DNA of 41,634 nucleotides from a virus. Lineage: Duplodnaviria > Caudoviricetes. Both the position numbers and the translations under genes were made by a program. Positions 19,186 to 28,274 of this stretch are shown in pieces. The notes under the pieces are model-generated. The model was not told the origin of the DNA, made no database searches, and worked only from the letters and a program-made list of their open reading frames with translations. The stretch is taken from positions 1 through 41,634 of the IMG/VR virus record IMGVR_UViG_3300042554_000432. One strand, 5' to 3'. How positions within the stretch are numbered: position 1 is the stretch's first letter; every line of letters starts with the position of its first letter.

Positions 19186-20094
19186 ATGGCTATTTCACGC
19201 ATCCGTGCATCTAGTATCGCCCAAGGACTTCCTAAGTACCCTTCATTGCTTGACCAAGTAAATGGTGCAAGTATCAATGTTGAATACTTATGTGTTGCAG
19301 GTGGTGGCGGTGCTGGGGGAAACAGTAGCCGTGCTGCTGGTGGTGGTGGCGGATTTAGAACTGGAACCCTTAAATTTACAAGAGGAAACTCTTACACTAT
19401 TACTGTTGGTAATGGTGGGGCTAATGGCGGTAGTTCTGATACTTCCGGTTTTAAGGGCGGTAACTCATCTATTTCAGGAACTGGTATCACAACGGTAACT
19501 TCTACTGGTGGTGGTAAAGGTGGCGGTAGTGGTGCAAGACCTGACTCAAATGGTGGTACTGGTGGTTCAGGTGGCGGTGCAAACTTCAATGGTTTAGGTG
19601 CTGCTGGAAATGAAGGTGGATTTACTCCACCCGAAGGATACTCTAGTGGTTATGCTTCCATAGATGCTAGTAATTATCCGGGCGGTGCTGGTGGCGGTGC
19701 TGGTGGTCCGGGTAAATCAGGCAGAATTAACGGTAATGGTCAAGTTGGTGGTCCCGGCAGGCTTTCTTTAATTACTGGAACAGCAACTTATTATGCTGGC
19801 GGTGGTGGTAGCGGTACTTATCAGGCAGGAACTGGCGGTGCTGGTGGCGCTGGCGGTGGTGGCAATGGTGGTAATGGCAATACACCTAGAACAGCAGGTG
19901 GAAATGGAACTGCTAATACTGGCGGTGGCGGTGGTGGCGGTTCTGATGGTAACCAAGGTGGTGCAGGCGGAAAAGGTATAGTAATACTTAGAGTTTCAAT
20001 ACCCGCTGCTTCAACAACTGGTTCGCCTACTGTTACTACTGATAATCTTTTTACAATTTATACATTTAATGCTGATGGGAGTATAACTTTCTAA
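19186..20094 (+). CDS. Glycine-rich tail/receptor-binding protein
   Basis: EYLCVAGGGG..ITVGNGG..YYAGGGG..GIVILR pattern. Confidence 0.75.
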   Translation: MAISRIRASSIAQGLPKYPSLLDQVNGASINVEYLCVAGGGGAGGNSSRAAGGGGGFRTGTLKFTRGNSYTITVGNGGANGGSSDTSGFKGGNSSISGTGITTVTSTGGGKGGGSGARPDSNGGTGGSGGGANFNGLGAAGNEGGFTPPEGYSSGYASIDASNYPGGAGGGAGGPGKSGRINGNGQVGGPGRLSLITGTATYYAGGGGSGTYQAGTGGAGGAGGGGNGGNGNTPRTAGGNGTANTGGGGGGGSDGNQGGAGGKGIVILRVSIPAASTTGSPTVTTDNLFTIYTFNADGSITF

Positions 20095-21047
20095 TGGCTA
20101 CTAGAGAATTTAGTGCATCATCCATAAGCACAGGAATTAAAACATCTAACTTTTGGGATAAAGTAACTTATACTGGACCAATTTTAGAAACACTTGTTAT
20201 TGCAGGTGGTGGCGGTGGTGGATGTAATTCAGCAGGTGGTGGTGGTGCTGGCGGACTTGTTTATACATCTAATGTTGTAACCGAAAAAGGAGTTACCTAT
20301 ACCATTACGGTAGGTGCTGGTGGTGCTGGAGAAACTACTGCTGAGAACATGGGCAACAACGGTAACAATTCAAAAATTACTGGTGGAAAACTTGTATTAA
20401 CTGAGGCTAATTATGGTGGCTGGGGTGGTGCAAGAACTGGCTCCAGTTATGAAGGCAGAAATTATGGCGCTGATGGTGGCTCAGGTGGTGGCGGTGCTGG
20501 ACAAGACCCTACTGCTGGAATTGGTGGTAAAGGAATTTCAGGTCAAGGAAATGATGGCGGTAGTGGATTTAACTCATCATCAACATTTCCCGGCGGTGGT
20601 GGTGGTGGTGCTGGTAGCGCTGGTGGTGCTGCTTCATCAAGCGCTGGTGGAAGTGGTGGTACTGGTTCATCAAGTTATTCAACATGGGGTTCTGCTACTA
20701 CAAGCGGAGAAAATAGCGGTGGAACTTATTATTTTGCTGGTGGTGGTGGCGGTGCTGCTGCATGGAATTCAGGTAGTGCAACACAAGGTACTGCTGGACT
20801 TGGTGGCGGTGGAATTGGCGGAATAAGACCATCAACTAATGGTGGTAATGGAACTGCCAATACTGGTGGCGGTGGTGGTGGTGGTTCTAACACCACTAAC
20901 AGCGGTAGTGGTGGTTCAGGAATAGTTTTAATTCGTTATCCTGATGCTTATGGTACTGCTGCTTCAACAACTGGTTCACCTTCAACAGTTACATCAGGTG
21001 GGTATCGTTACTATAAATTTACTGGTGACGGTTCAATTACTTTCTAA
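20094..21047 (+). CDS. Glycine-rich tail/receptor-binding protein (paralog)
   Basis: Same architecture and C-terminal DGSITF as the previous gene. Confidence 0.75.
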   Translation: MATREFSASSISTGIKTSNFWDKVTYTGPILETLVIAGGGGGGCNSAGGGGAGGLVYTSNVVTEKGVTYTITVGAGGAGETTAENMGNNGNNSKITGGKLVLTEANYGGWGGARTGSSYEGRNYGADGGSGGGGAGQDPTAGIGGKGISGQGNDGGSGFNSSSTFPGGGGGGAGSAGGAASSSAGGSGGTGSSSYSTWGSATTSGENSGGTYYFAGGGGGAAAWNSGSATQGTAGLGGGGIGGIRPSTNGGNGTANTGGGGGGGSNTTNSGSGGSGIVLIRYPDAYGTAASTTGSPSTVTSGGYRYYKFTGDGSITF

Positions 21048-21055
21048 GGAGAAAC

Positions 21056-21415
21056 ATGGCACACTTTGCAAAACTAGATGAAAACAGCAATGTACTTGCA
21101 GTACATGTGGTAAACAATGATGTTATTATTATTGATGGTAACGAGTCAGAGCAAGCAGGTATTGACTTTTTAACTGGATTACACGGGCATACATTATGGA
21201 AGCAAACTTCCTATAATGGAAATTTCCGTAAAAATTATGCAGCAGCAGGATTTACTTATGATAATGTTCGTGATGCATTTATCCCACCAAAGCCTTGGGC
21301 TTCTTGGTTATTAAATGAAACAACTTGCCAATGGGAAGCACCTATTGCAAAGCCAGTTGATGAAAAATTTTATACATGGGATGAAGCAACAACATCTTGG
21401 ATTGAAGTAGCATAA
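21056..21415 (+). CDS. Conserved tail-region protein (possible fibre chaperone)
   Basis: MAHFAKLD..WKQTSYN..RKNYA..DAFIPPKP..W pattern; AAGGAG RBS. Confidence 0.65.
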   Translation: MAHFAKLDENSNVLAVHVVNNDVIIIDGNESEQAGIDFLTGLHGHTLWKQTSYNGNFRKNYAAAGFTYDNVRDAFIPPKPWASWLLNETTCQWEAPIAKPVDEKFYTWDEATTSWIEVA

Positions 21416-21418
21416 TAA

Positions 21419-21526
21419 TTGATTGATTGTTTAAACTGTGGCAAGGAGTTTTCTCCTATTGCCACTAGATGGCTATGCCCTTTTTGTAAAACTAAAGCAA
21501 ATTGTTGCGAAGGCGAACCCCAGTAA
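21419..21526 (+). CDS. 35-aa Cys-rich zinc-ribbon microprotein
   Basis: Manual translation MIDCLNCGKEFSPIATRWLCPFCKTKANCCEGEPQ; TTG start; fills the intergenic gap. Confidence 0.5.
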   Translation: MIDCLNCGKEFSPIATRWLCPFCKTKANCCEGEPQ

Positions 21527-21539
21527 AGGAAGTGTTTAA

Positions 21540-23516
21540 ATGGCAATAACAAGCCGTGCGCCCCACATTACCGAACGCCCACAGATTGACCTGTCGGGTT
21601 CCGTATCTCAATACTATGAAATTACAGGTAATGCTTTTGATGTGGCTATTGCTGGCTTGCCTTTTATTCTTGGCGTAACTGACTCTACACCTTACCGCCG
21701 ACAGACCGCAGAGTTTCGTACTCAACGCGTGGACCAAGAGCGTGACCCCGGTGAGCAGTCACTTGCTGGTTCAGGTTATTGGATTAGGTCGCAATCATCT
21801 TTGCATCTAGGTCAAGGCATTAACTATCAAGAACCACTTGAAGGTGACCCTGACCAAACCAAGTTCCGTTACAAGACTGGTGAAGGTGTTGACCCTTGGA
21901 CTACTGGACAAATTAAATTATTAAAGAAAGCCACACTTACAGAAGCAGCAACTGGCAAATCTTATGTTTTTTCTACAACTGTTAATGGCGCAGACTTTCT
22001 TATTAAAGTTACAGAGTCAGCATCTGCCACATCTCGCGTATTAAGAACTTCTACTACTGGTACTGAAACAACGCTTGTTGATAATACAGCAATAACTGAA
22101 AAAATCTTGGCTGCTGCTATGGGTGGTAACGACCTTATGATTGTTACTCCTACTAAAGTATGGCGTTATTCATTTGATGATGCCAGTCCAGCGATACATC
22201 AAGATTATGCTATTAACTCAGCAGATGCTGCTAGTAATAAAGTTGCAATTAACTATGTTAAAAGTCGTTTTGTTATTGCTTATTCTACTACTAGCGGTAC
22301 AACACAATCTTATGCACTTGCAAGAAACACAGGTTCATCAATTAACTTTAGCACTTTAACTGCTATCAATGGTTCAACAACATTACCTTCGGGATTTACT
22401 TTTACCGCTGTAACTGAGTCATCTAATGCTTTCTACATTGGTGGTTATTCGGGTGATGAAGGCATGGCTTTTAAAGTTACAGTAGATAATAGTGGTGCAT
22501 TATCTACAATGGTTCGTGTACTCCTTTTACCAAAGAGCGAACAGTTACTACAAATGTATGGCTATCTAGGTTCTTATGTAATGCTTGGAACAAGCCGTGG
22601 TGTGCGTGTGGCTGTTGTTGATACTGATGGTAATGTTTCTTACGGTCCACTTGTCTTTGAAGCAACTGGTGGTGTCTATGCATTTACTGCTCGTAACTCA
22701 TTTGTTTGGGCTGGTGTAAACGCAGGTGTTGGCGGGCAATCAGGTTTAATCCGCATCAATCTTGGTGCGCCATTGGCTAATAATGGTTATGCCTACGCAA
22801 CAGACTTGGTTGCAACTAGCGTAACTGGACATGTCCACTCTGTTGCAACATTTGATAATGGTCGCAAAGCATTTACCGTTGAAGGCTCAGGTCTTTGGAT
22901 TGAACACTCTACTGATTTAGTTGAGTCAGGAACATTTACTACTGGACTAATTCGTTTTGATACATTAGAAAATAAAGCGTGGAAGCGACTTCGCTTGCGT
23001 ACACCTGATACATTGCAAGGGGACATACAAATTGCAAGAGTTACAGAAACTGCTGCTGATGCGCTCACTACTGTCGCACAAGGCACAACCGAACAGTACG
23101 ACTATGACCTTGCGGTTGTATTCCCGGATGTTTCGCCTGATGCTTCTTTCCGTTTCACCCTTTCTCGCAACAGTTCTGATGCCACTACTGGCGCTGTTAT
23201 TTATGGTTATTCTGCTAAAGCGCTTCCTACTCCTACTCGCGCTCGCGTTATTCAAATTCCTTTATTTTGTTTTGATAGAGAAACCGACAAACTTGGTAAC
23301 CTATTGGGTTACGAAGGCTATGCAAGAACGCGATTAAGCGCACTTGAAGCAGTTGAAGGTGTTGGCGAAACAGTCGTCATCCAAGATTTCACCGCAGGCG
23401 GAGAGCCTATTGAAGCGGTGATAGAGCAGATAACCTTTATTCGCTCAACTCCACCTAACCGTAACTTCTCAGGCTTTGGCGGTATTGTCCAAGTCGTTGC
23501 GAGAACTGTCGTATAA
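21540..23516 (+). CDS. Tail tubular protein B / nozzle-like beta-rich protein
   Basis: 658 aa, beta-strand-rich, last large structural gene before lysis. Confidence 0.55.
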   Translation: MAITSRAPHITERPQIDLSGSVSQYYEITGNAFDVAIAGLPFILGVTDSTPYRRQTAEFRTQRVDQERDPGEQSLAGSGYWIRSQSSLHLGQGINYQEPLEGDPDQTKFRYKTGEGVDPWTTGQIKLLKKATLTEAATGKSYVFSTTVNGADFLIKVTESASATSRVLRTSTTGTETTLVDNTAITEKILAAAMGGNDLMIVTPTKVWRYSFDDASPAIHQDYAINSADAASNKVAINYVKSRFVIAYSTTSGTTQSYALARNTGSSINFSTLTAINGSTTLPSGFTFTAVTESSNAFYIGGYSGDEGMAFKVTVDNSGALSTMVRVLLLPKSEQLLQMYGYLGSYVMLGTSRGVRVAVVDTDGNVSYGPLVFEATGGVYAFTARNSFVWAGVNAGVGGQSGLIRINLGAPLANNGYAYATDLVATSVTGHVHSVATFDNGRKAFTVEGSGLWIEHSTDLVESGTFTTGLIRFDTLENKAWKRLRLRTPDTLQGDIQIARVTETAADALTTVAQGTTEQYDYDLAVVFPDVSPDASFRFTLSRNSSDATTGAVIYGYSAKALPTPTRARVIQIPLFCFDRETDKLGNLLGYEGYARTRLSALEAVEGVGETVVIQDFTAGGEPIEAVIEQITFIRSTPPNRNFSGFGGIVQVVARTVV

Positions 23517-23534
23517 AAGGAAAAAGAAAATCAA

Positions 23535-23732
23535 ATGACTCCTGCAAACTGGGCTGCACTAGCCGTATCCGTAATGACCATTATCGCTGGTTTAACCGCT
23601 GGTATTAGGTTCTTAGTAAAACATTATTTAAGTGAACTTAAACCAAATGGGGGCAGTTCGGTTGCTGACCGTTTAAACAGAGTGGAAAGACGGGTAGATG
23701 AAATCTACTCACTCTTACTTGAAAGAAAATAA
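23535..23732 (+). CDS. Membrane protein (holin-like)
   Basis: One N-terminal TM helix, ELKPNGGSSV.D motif, short coiled tail; adjacent to the endolysin. Confidence 0.65.
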   Translation: MTPANWAALAVSVMTIIAGLTAGIRFLVKHYLSELKPNGGSSVADRLNRVERRVDEIYSLLLERK

Positions 23733-24274
23733 TGAATAAACTAGCAAAGAAAGCAACACCAGCAGCACTTGCAGTATTGCGCCAAGCAACTGCTATTGCA
23801 CCAAAGCGTAAGAAGTTATCTGATGGATTACTTCCTTCTGCTGCACACTTAAAGCAAAGTCCTGACTCTGACCACAATACTGGTTATGCAGTTGACTTAA
23901 CACATGACCCTGCTAACGGAATTGATTGTGCAATTATTTTTCAAGAACTAAAGAAAGACAGTCGTGTGAAGTACCTAATCTTTAACAAAAAGATTTGGTC
24001 AAAGGTAAGAGCAAAAGAAGGTGACCGCAAGTACACAGGCTCAAACCCGCACATGAAACACTTGCACATCTCCATCAATGATGGATGCGGTGATGATGTT
24101 CGCCCATGGTTCCCATGGATGGCAGCACCTAAGTTAGTAAACCAAATAAAGGCAGCCATTGCGGTTGTCCCCCAAAAGAAAGTGGTATCAAATGAACCAA
24201 AAGTTAGTAGCAATACTAGGCAGTTATGTGCGTGCAGCGGTTGCTGCTGTTCTCGCTCTGTATCTAGCAGGTGA
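23732..24274 (+). CDS. Endolysin, M15-like Zn peptidase
   Basis: SDH..AVD..H-x-H (KHLHIS) LAS-type zinc ligands; flanked by membrane proteins. Confidence 0.7.
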   Translation: MNKLAKKATPAALAVLRQATAIAPKRKKLSDGLLPSAAHLKQSPDSDHNTGYAVDLTHDPANGIDCAIIFQELKKDSRVKYLIFNKKIWSKVRAKEGDRKYTGSNPHMKHLHISINDGCGDDVRPWFPWMAAPKLVNQIKAAIAVVPQKKVVSNEPKVSSNTRQLCACSGCCCSRSVSSR

Positions 24275-24380
24275 AACTAATCTAAAGACATTGGCACTAG
24301 CAGCACTAACAGGTGCAGCAGGTCCACTACTTAAAGCACTTGACTCATCAGACCCATCCTTCGGTAGAGGCGCTGAGTAA
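24192..24380 (+). CDS. Holin
   Basis: 62 aa from MNQKL, two hydrophobic segments, DPSFGRG end. Confidence 0.65.
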   Translation: MNQKLVAILGSYVRAAVAAVLALYLAGETNLKTLALAALTGAAGPLLKALDSSDPSFGRGAE

Positions 24381-24400
24381 TCTAATCGTTTAAACACAAG

Positions 24401-24468
24401 AAAGCCCCGCTTTCACTTCGTACACTTCCCCTATGTACGCGGTGATTGCGGGGCTTTTTTTGTTTTTT
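24401..24468 (+). terminator. Intrinsic terminator of the late operon (possibly bidirectional)
   Basis: AAAGCCCCGC...GCGGGGCTTT long stem followed by T-tracts, between convergent genes. Confidence 0.8.
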
Positions 24469-24646
24469 AACTTGTCCGATTATCAGTTGAGTAAAAACCG
24501 CTAGCGTTAAACTTAACTGACGGGACTGACCATACCCTACTCATCTGCTGCCCGCAACAGTTAGGTGCGCTGATGTCGTTATGTATGGAGATTTCTGTTT
24601 CGTATTGTATGCCACATAGTTCACATTTAAATTCATAAATCGCCAC
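24467..24646 (-). CDS. FmdB-like zinc-ribbon protein (59 aa)
   Basis: Manual translation IYEFKCELCG..CCGQQMSRVWS..FNASGFYSTDN. Confidence 0.75.
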   Translation of the reverse strand: MAIYEFKCELCGIQYETEISIHNDISAPNCCGQQMSRVWSVPSVKFNASGFYSTDNRTS

Positions 24647-24869
24647 TTTTTGGTTCCTTATCGGCGGGAGTAGGGGCTGTTAATTTTGTGCCACAATCAG
24701 CACACTCAGCATCAGTAAACCATAATGCTATTTCGTAATCTATAAAAATACATTTAACATTTAATACTTCACAACCACAGATACAACTATGGCTTGGCTC
24801 GCCACGCAAGTCGCCGAAGGATTTACCATAGTCAGGCTTCCACTCGCCAACTGGCGTTGGCTCAGTCAC
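24633..24869 (-). CDS. Zinc-ribbon protein
   Basis: C-x-C..C-x2-C; AAGGA RBS before GTG. Confidence 0.65.
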   Translation of the reverse strand: MTEPTPVGEWKPDYGKSFGDLRGEPSHSCICGCEVLNVKCIFIDYEIALWFTDAECADCGTKLTAPTPADKEPKSGDL

Positions 24870-24900
24870 ACTTATCCTTACGCTGCACGAACAGCAGTCT

Positions 24901-24942
24901 AATTACATTTCTGTAATTTTGCTTGTTTAGACACGGCGTGTC
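24901..24942. promoter_or_regulatory. Inverted repeats in the divergent promoter region, including GACAC-GGC-GTGTC
   Basis: AATTACA-4-TGTAATT at 24901-24918; GACAC inverted pair at 24930-24942. Confidence 0.4.
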
Positions 24943-25013
24943 GTTGGAATAGGGGAGAGATTGCACCTGTATCCTAGCGGAGAAATCAACTATACATAGA
25001 AAGGACTGGATAA

Positions 25014-25859
25014 TTGACCCTAGAAATTAAGACGGGTAAATCCTATGTTAGCCATAGTGGTATCTCAACTTGGCTAAACTGTGGATGGCAATTCTATCTA
25101 TCCCGAATACAAAAAGTTCCTGAAAACCCATCCTACTGGTTAGTAGGTGGTTCGTCTGTGCATGAAGCAACAGAAGTGTTTGATGTTACAGGCACAGAGA
25201 ACTTTAATTCCACCATTGCTTTTAACGAAGCATGGAAACGCAACTATGAAAGAAGCGACAACGGCATGCCGTTCCGTGCTGGTGGTCGCTCTAGCAAAGC
25301 GTATCCAAATGGTGAGGATGCAACTTGGTGGTTAACCGAAGGACCTAAAATGGTTGACCGCTGGGTACAGTTCCGCAATGACTCAGGCTACCAACTGTTT
25401 AAACTACCTGATGGTCGCCCTGCTATTGAAGTTGAGATGAACCAAGATGTTAATGGAGTGCCAGTTAAGGCAGTCCTTGACCGCTTGTTTGTTACTCCCA
25501 ACGGGGAACTAATTGTTGTGGACATCAAGACAGGAAGCAGAGAACCAGCAAGCAAAACTCAAATGGGTATCTACGCAATCATGGTAGAAAAAACATTTGG
25601 TGTTCGCCCTGTTGGTGGTGCTTACTGGATGTCCCGCACAGGTGAACTGACGGACACGGTAAACCTAGATAATTTCACAGAAGCACGCCTAGGCTCATGG
25701 GTTAAAAACTTTGAGAAGGCAGTAATGAACGACATCTACATCCCAGCACCCGGATTTATGTGCGGGACATGCGGTGTAAACGCTGCATGCTATGTTGTTA
25801 ATGGCAAGGACTCACACAAATACCCCGAAATAACAGAAGGAGAAGCAAGTGATGAGTAA
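25014..25859 (+). CDS. RecB/Cas4-like PD-(D/E)XK exonuclease
   Basis: SHS..WLNC, GSSVHEA, VLDRL..VVDIKTG, QMGIY, C-terminal CGTC..C. Confidence 0.85.
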   Translation: MTLEIKTGKSYVSHSGISTWLNCGWQFYLSRIQKVPENPSYWLVGGSSVHEATEVFDVTGTENFNSTIAFNEAWKRNYERSDNGMPFRAGGRSSKAYPNGEDATWWLTEGPKMVDRWVQFRNDSGYQLFKLPDGRPAIEVEMNQDVNGVPVKAVLDRLFVTPNGELIVVDIKTGSREPASKTQMGIYAIMVEKTFGVRPVGGAYWMSRTGELTDTVNLDNFTEARLGSWVKNFEKAVMNDIYIPAPGFMCGTCGVNAACYVVNGKDSHKYPEITEGEASDE

Positions 25860-26298
25860 TGAAGCACCATACCAAGTGAACTTAAAGACACCAAAAGGTT
25901 CACTACTCAATCTCAGAGCATGGGATGAGCAACAGTTAGACACAATCCTTGATGGGTTGGAAGTGCGTATGCAACGCATCTTGCAACTAGAGGAAACGAT
26001 TGATGAGTTGCATAAACTCAGCAGCAACCCTGCTGCACAAGCAATTCAAACTCTACAAAATGCTGGACTAAATCCAGTACCAGTAGCACCAGCACAACCT
26101 ATTGGAAATCAATGGGGCGCTGGTACACAAGGTGCAGCAGCACAAGCACCAGCCCCAGCAGGCTCACCTGTTTGCGACCACGGATTGCCAATGCGATTTG
26201 TAGCAGCAGGTATTAGCAAGGCTGGCAAGCCATACAAGGCGTTCTACGCATGCCCTAACGCCCGCGAAAGTGCGTGCAATAAGAAGGTCGCTGCGTAA
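25852..26298 (+). CDS. Hypothetical protein with C-terminal Zn finger (possible ssDNA-binding/recombination role)
   Basis: CDHG..GKPY..FYAC..C; located between the exonuclease and helicase. Confidence 0.55.
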   Translation: MSNEAPYQVNLKTPKGSLLNLRAWDEQQLDTILDGLEVRMQRILQLEETIDELHKLSSNPAAQAIQTLQNAGLNPVPVAPAQPIGNQWGAGTQGAAAQAPAPAGSPVCDHGLPMRFVAAGISKAGKPYKAFYACPNARESACNKKVAA

Positions 26299-26300
26299 CA

Positions 26301-27110
26301 ATGAGATTACTTAGCCGTGCCATAAAGACTGCTTCACAAGGTGGGGCAACCATCCCAACTGTTTGGCAATCTTTAGCATCACAACAGATAATGTTTAGAC
26401 ACGGCGAAGTATCAATGATTGCTGGTCCGCCGGGGGCAGGTAAAAGTACTTTGGCTTTATCTTTAGCCGTGCAAGCACAAGTACCTACCCTGTACATCTC
26501 GGCGGACACGCACTCACACACAATGTCCCTTCGTATGCTTGCAATGCTTACGGGTAAACCACAAGGTGAAGTTGAACCTTTGATGGAACATGATAGGGAT
26601 TGGGCAGCACAGATGTTAAAACCTGCTGACCATGTGATGTGGGAGTTTGATAGCGCACCAAGTCTTAAAGACATTGAGGACTCTGTTCTTGCTGCCCGTG
26701 AAAGACTTGGTGATGATGTTCGTTTAATCGTGCTTGATAACGCCGTTGATGTAACGCTTGAAGGTCAAGATGAGTGGGGCGGTTTGCGTACATTGATGCG
26801 TGAACTTAAATGGTGGGCTAGAGAAACTGGCGCTGCCGTTGTTGTTTGCCACCACACCAGCGAAGGTGTCCAAGGTAATCCTTGTCCACCACGCCATGCA
26901 CTACATGGGAAGGTCGCTCAGACTCCAAGTTTAATACTTACAGTACACAGCCAACAGGGTGTAATGGGTGTATGTGCAGTTAAAAATCGTTATGGTCCTG
27001 CTGATGCTACGGGTGGTACACCTATTTGGTTGTCCTATGACCCAGCAAGTATGCAGATTTCAGACCTTCAACAGCATCAAGTACAGATTGGACAGCCACA
27101 ACTTCTATGA
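26301..27110 (+). CDS. DnaB-like (RecA-fold) replicative helicase
   Basis: Walker A GPPGAGKS, Walker B LIVLDN, VVVCHH, VKNRYG. Confidence 0.85.
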   Translation: MRLLSRAIKTASQGGATIPTVWQSLASQQIMFRHGEVSMIAGPPGAGKSTLALSLAVQAQVPTLYISADTHSHTMSLRMLAMLTGKPQGEVEPLMEHDRDWAAQMLKPADHVMWEFDSAPSLKDIEDSVLAARERLGDDVRLIVLDNAVDVTLEGQDEWGGLRTLMRELKWWARETGAAVVVCHHTSEGVQGNPCPPRHALHGKVAQTPSLILTVHSQQGVMGVCAVKNRYGPADATGGTPIWLSYDPASMQISDLQQHQVQIGQPQLL

Positions 27111-27535
27111 GTGAGGAAAGTTTAAACGATAAGTTTGCACCTAAGATAAAAGTTTCACAAGAGTTGTTAAGGCAGATGATTGATAACGCACCTATCTCAG
27201 ATGAGATGCGTAACAAGATAGTAGAACAACTGCCAATGATTGCTGAAAACTTAGATGATGCAACCCGTAGGATTTACGACCCACAAAAGATTTGGTTTGA
27301 GTCTATTCAGTATGCAGATTATGTTGACCAGTTAGCAGAACACCTAAGGGATGCAGTAATGGATGACCATGGTGACGACTGCAAGATGGAGATAGCCGTT
27401 GGATTGCACACCATGTCGGGTATTTGGAAAGCCATGGCTGAAAATGCTATGACCATACTAGACGACATGAAAATTAAATCAGAGATGTACGACTTTGATG
27501 AAGTCATTATCGGGATAAAGGAAAAAGATGCATAG
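27107..27535 (+). CDS. Hypothetical acidic helical protein
   Basis: 142-aa ORF coupled to its neighbours. Confidence 0.7.
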   Translation: MSEESLNDKFAPKIKVSQELLRQMIDNAPISDEMRNKIVEQLPMIAENLDDATRRIYDPQKIWFESIQYADYVDQLAEHLRDAVMDDHGDDCKMEIAVGLHTMSGIWKAMAENAMTILDDMKIKSEMYDFDEVIIGIKEKDA

Positions 27536-28274
27536 TAAAAATGAAACACTATCTATTGGTTGGTGCGATAATGGCATGTCTGACGGTAAGTTTACCGAAG
27601 GACTTGTGTACACAATTATTATGGGTCAAGACCCAAAGAACATACAAGTACATAATGCTATCCGTGTTCAAGGTAATCAGATTGGTAGGCAGCGACAAAG
27701 TTTATTTGACCTATGGGCTGACCAAGTAAAAACCGATTGGTTGCTATGGGTTGACTCAGACATTGTGCTTACCCAAGATGTATTAAAAAAGTTATGGGAT
27801 ACAGCAGATAAGTTAACACGACCAGTTGTTACTGGTGTTTACTTTATCTCTAAAGAAAATGAACAGGCATTGATGATGCCTATGCCATGTATTTTTAATG
27901 AAACAGGACATGAGTTTACTATTAACTACATACATCCATTGCCTGAAAATGAAATCATTAAGGTTGACTGTGCAGGTATGGGCTTAGCCTTAATGCACAA
28001 GAGCGTTGTTCCTAAACTGCGTGAAGTCTGCCCTGATTATTCTTTGTTTGCAGAGAAGGAAGGTTTAAACAATCAGTTTGTAAGTGAGGACATTGTGTTC
28101 TTTAGATACTTAAAGAAGGCAGGTGTTCCTGTTCATACCCATACTGGCGCTCGCGTTAAACACATGAAGCGTTTTAGTTTGGATGAGAACTATTACAAAT
28201 TGTATTGGGGTTCCGTTTACGAAGCCGAAGCAAGAAAGGCAAAGGAAAATGAACAACCAAGCGAACAAGCGTAG
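27528..28274 (+). CDS. GT-A fold (family 2-like) glycosyltransferase
   Basis: WLLWVDSD (DxD), GMGLALMH, SEDIVF, V-x-H-x-K. Confidence 0.75.
   Translation: MHSKNETLSIGWCDNGMSDGKFTEGLVYTIIMGQDPKNIQVHNAIRVQGNQIGRQRQSLFDLWADQVKTDWLLWVDSDIVLTQDVLKKLWDTADKLTRPVVTGVYFISKENEQALMMPMPCIFNETGHEFTINYIHPLPENEIIKVDCAGMGLALMHKSVVPKLREVCPDYSLFAEKEGLNNQFVSEDIVFFRYLKKAGVPVHTHTGARVKHMKRFSLDENYYKLYWGSVYEAEARKAKENEQPSEQA

Noticed and set aside
19186-21047. Diversity-generating retroelement target/template pair
   Set aside because: No reverse transcriptase is present, and the paralogs differ broadly rather than only at adenines
1764-23877. Numerous short antisense and off-frame ORFs within structural genes
   Set aside because: Shadow ORFs of biased codon usage, with no RBS or recognisable motifs
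25014-25859. Cas4-like gene as part of a CRISPR-Cas system
   Set aside because: No array or other cas genes; the context is a standard phage recombination/replication module
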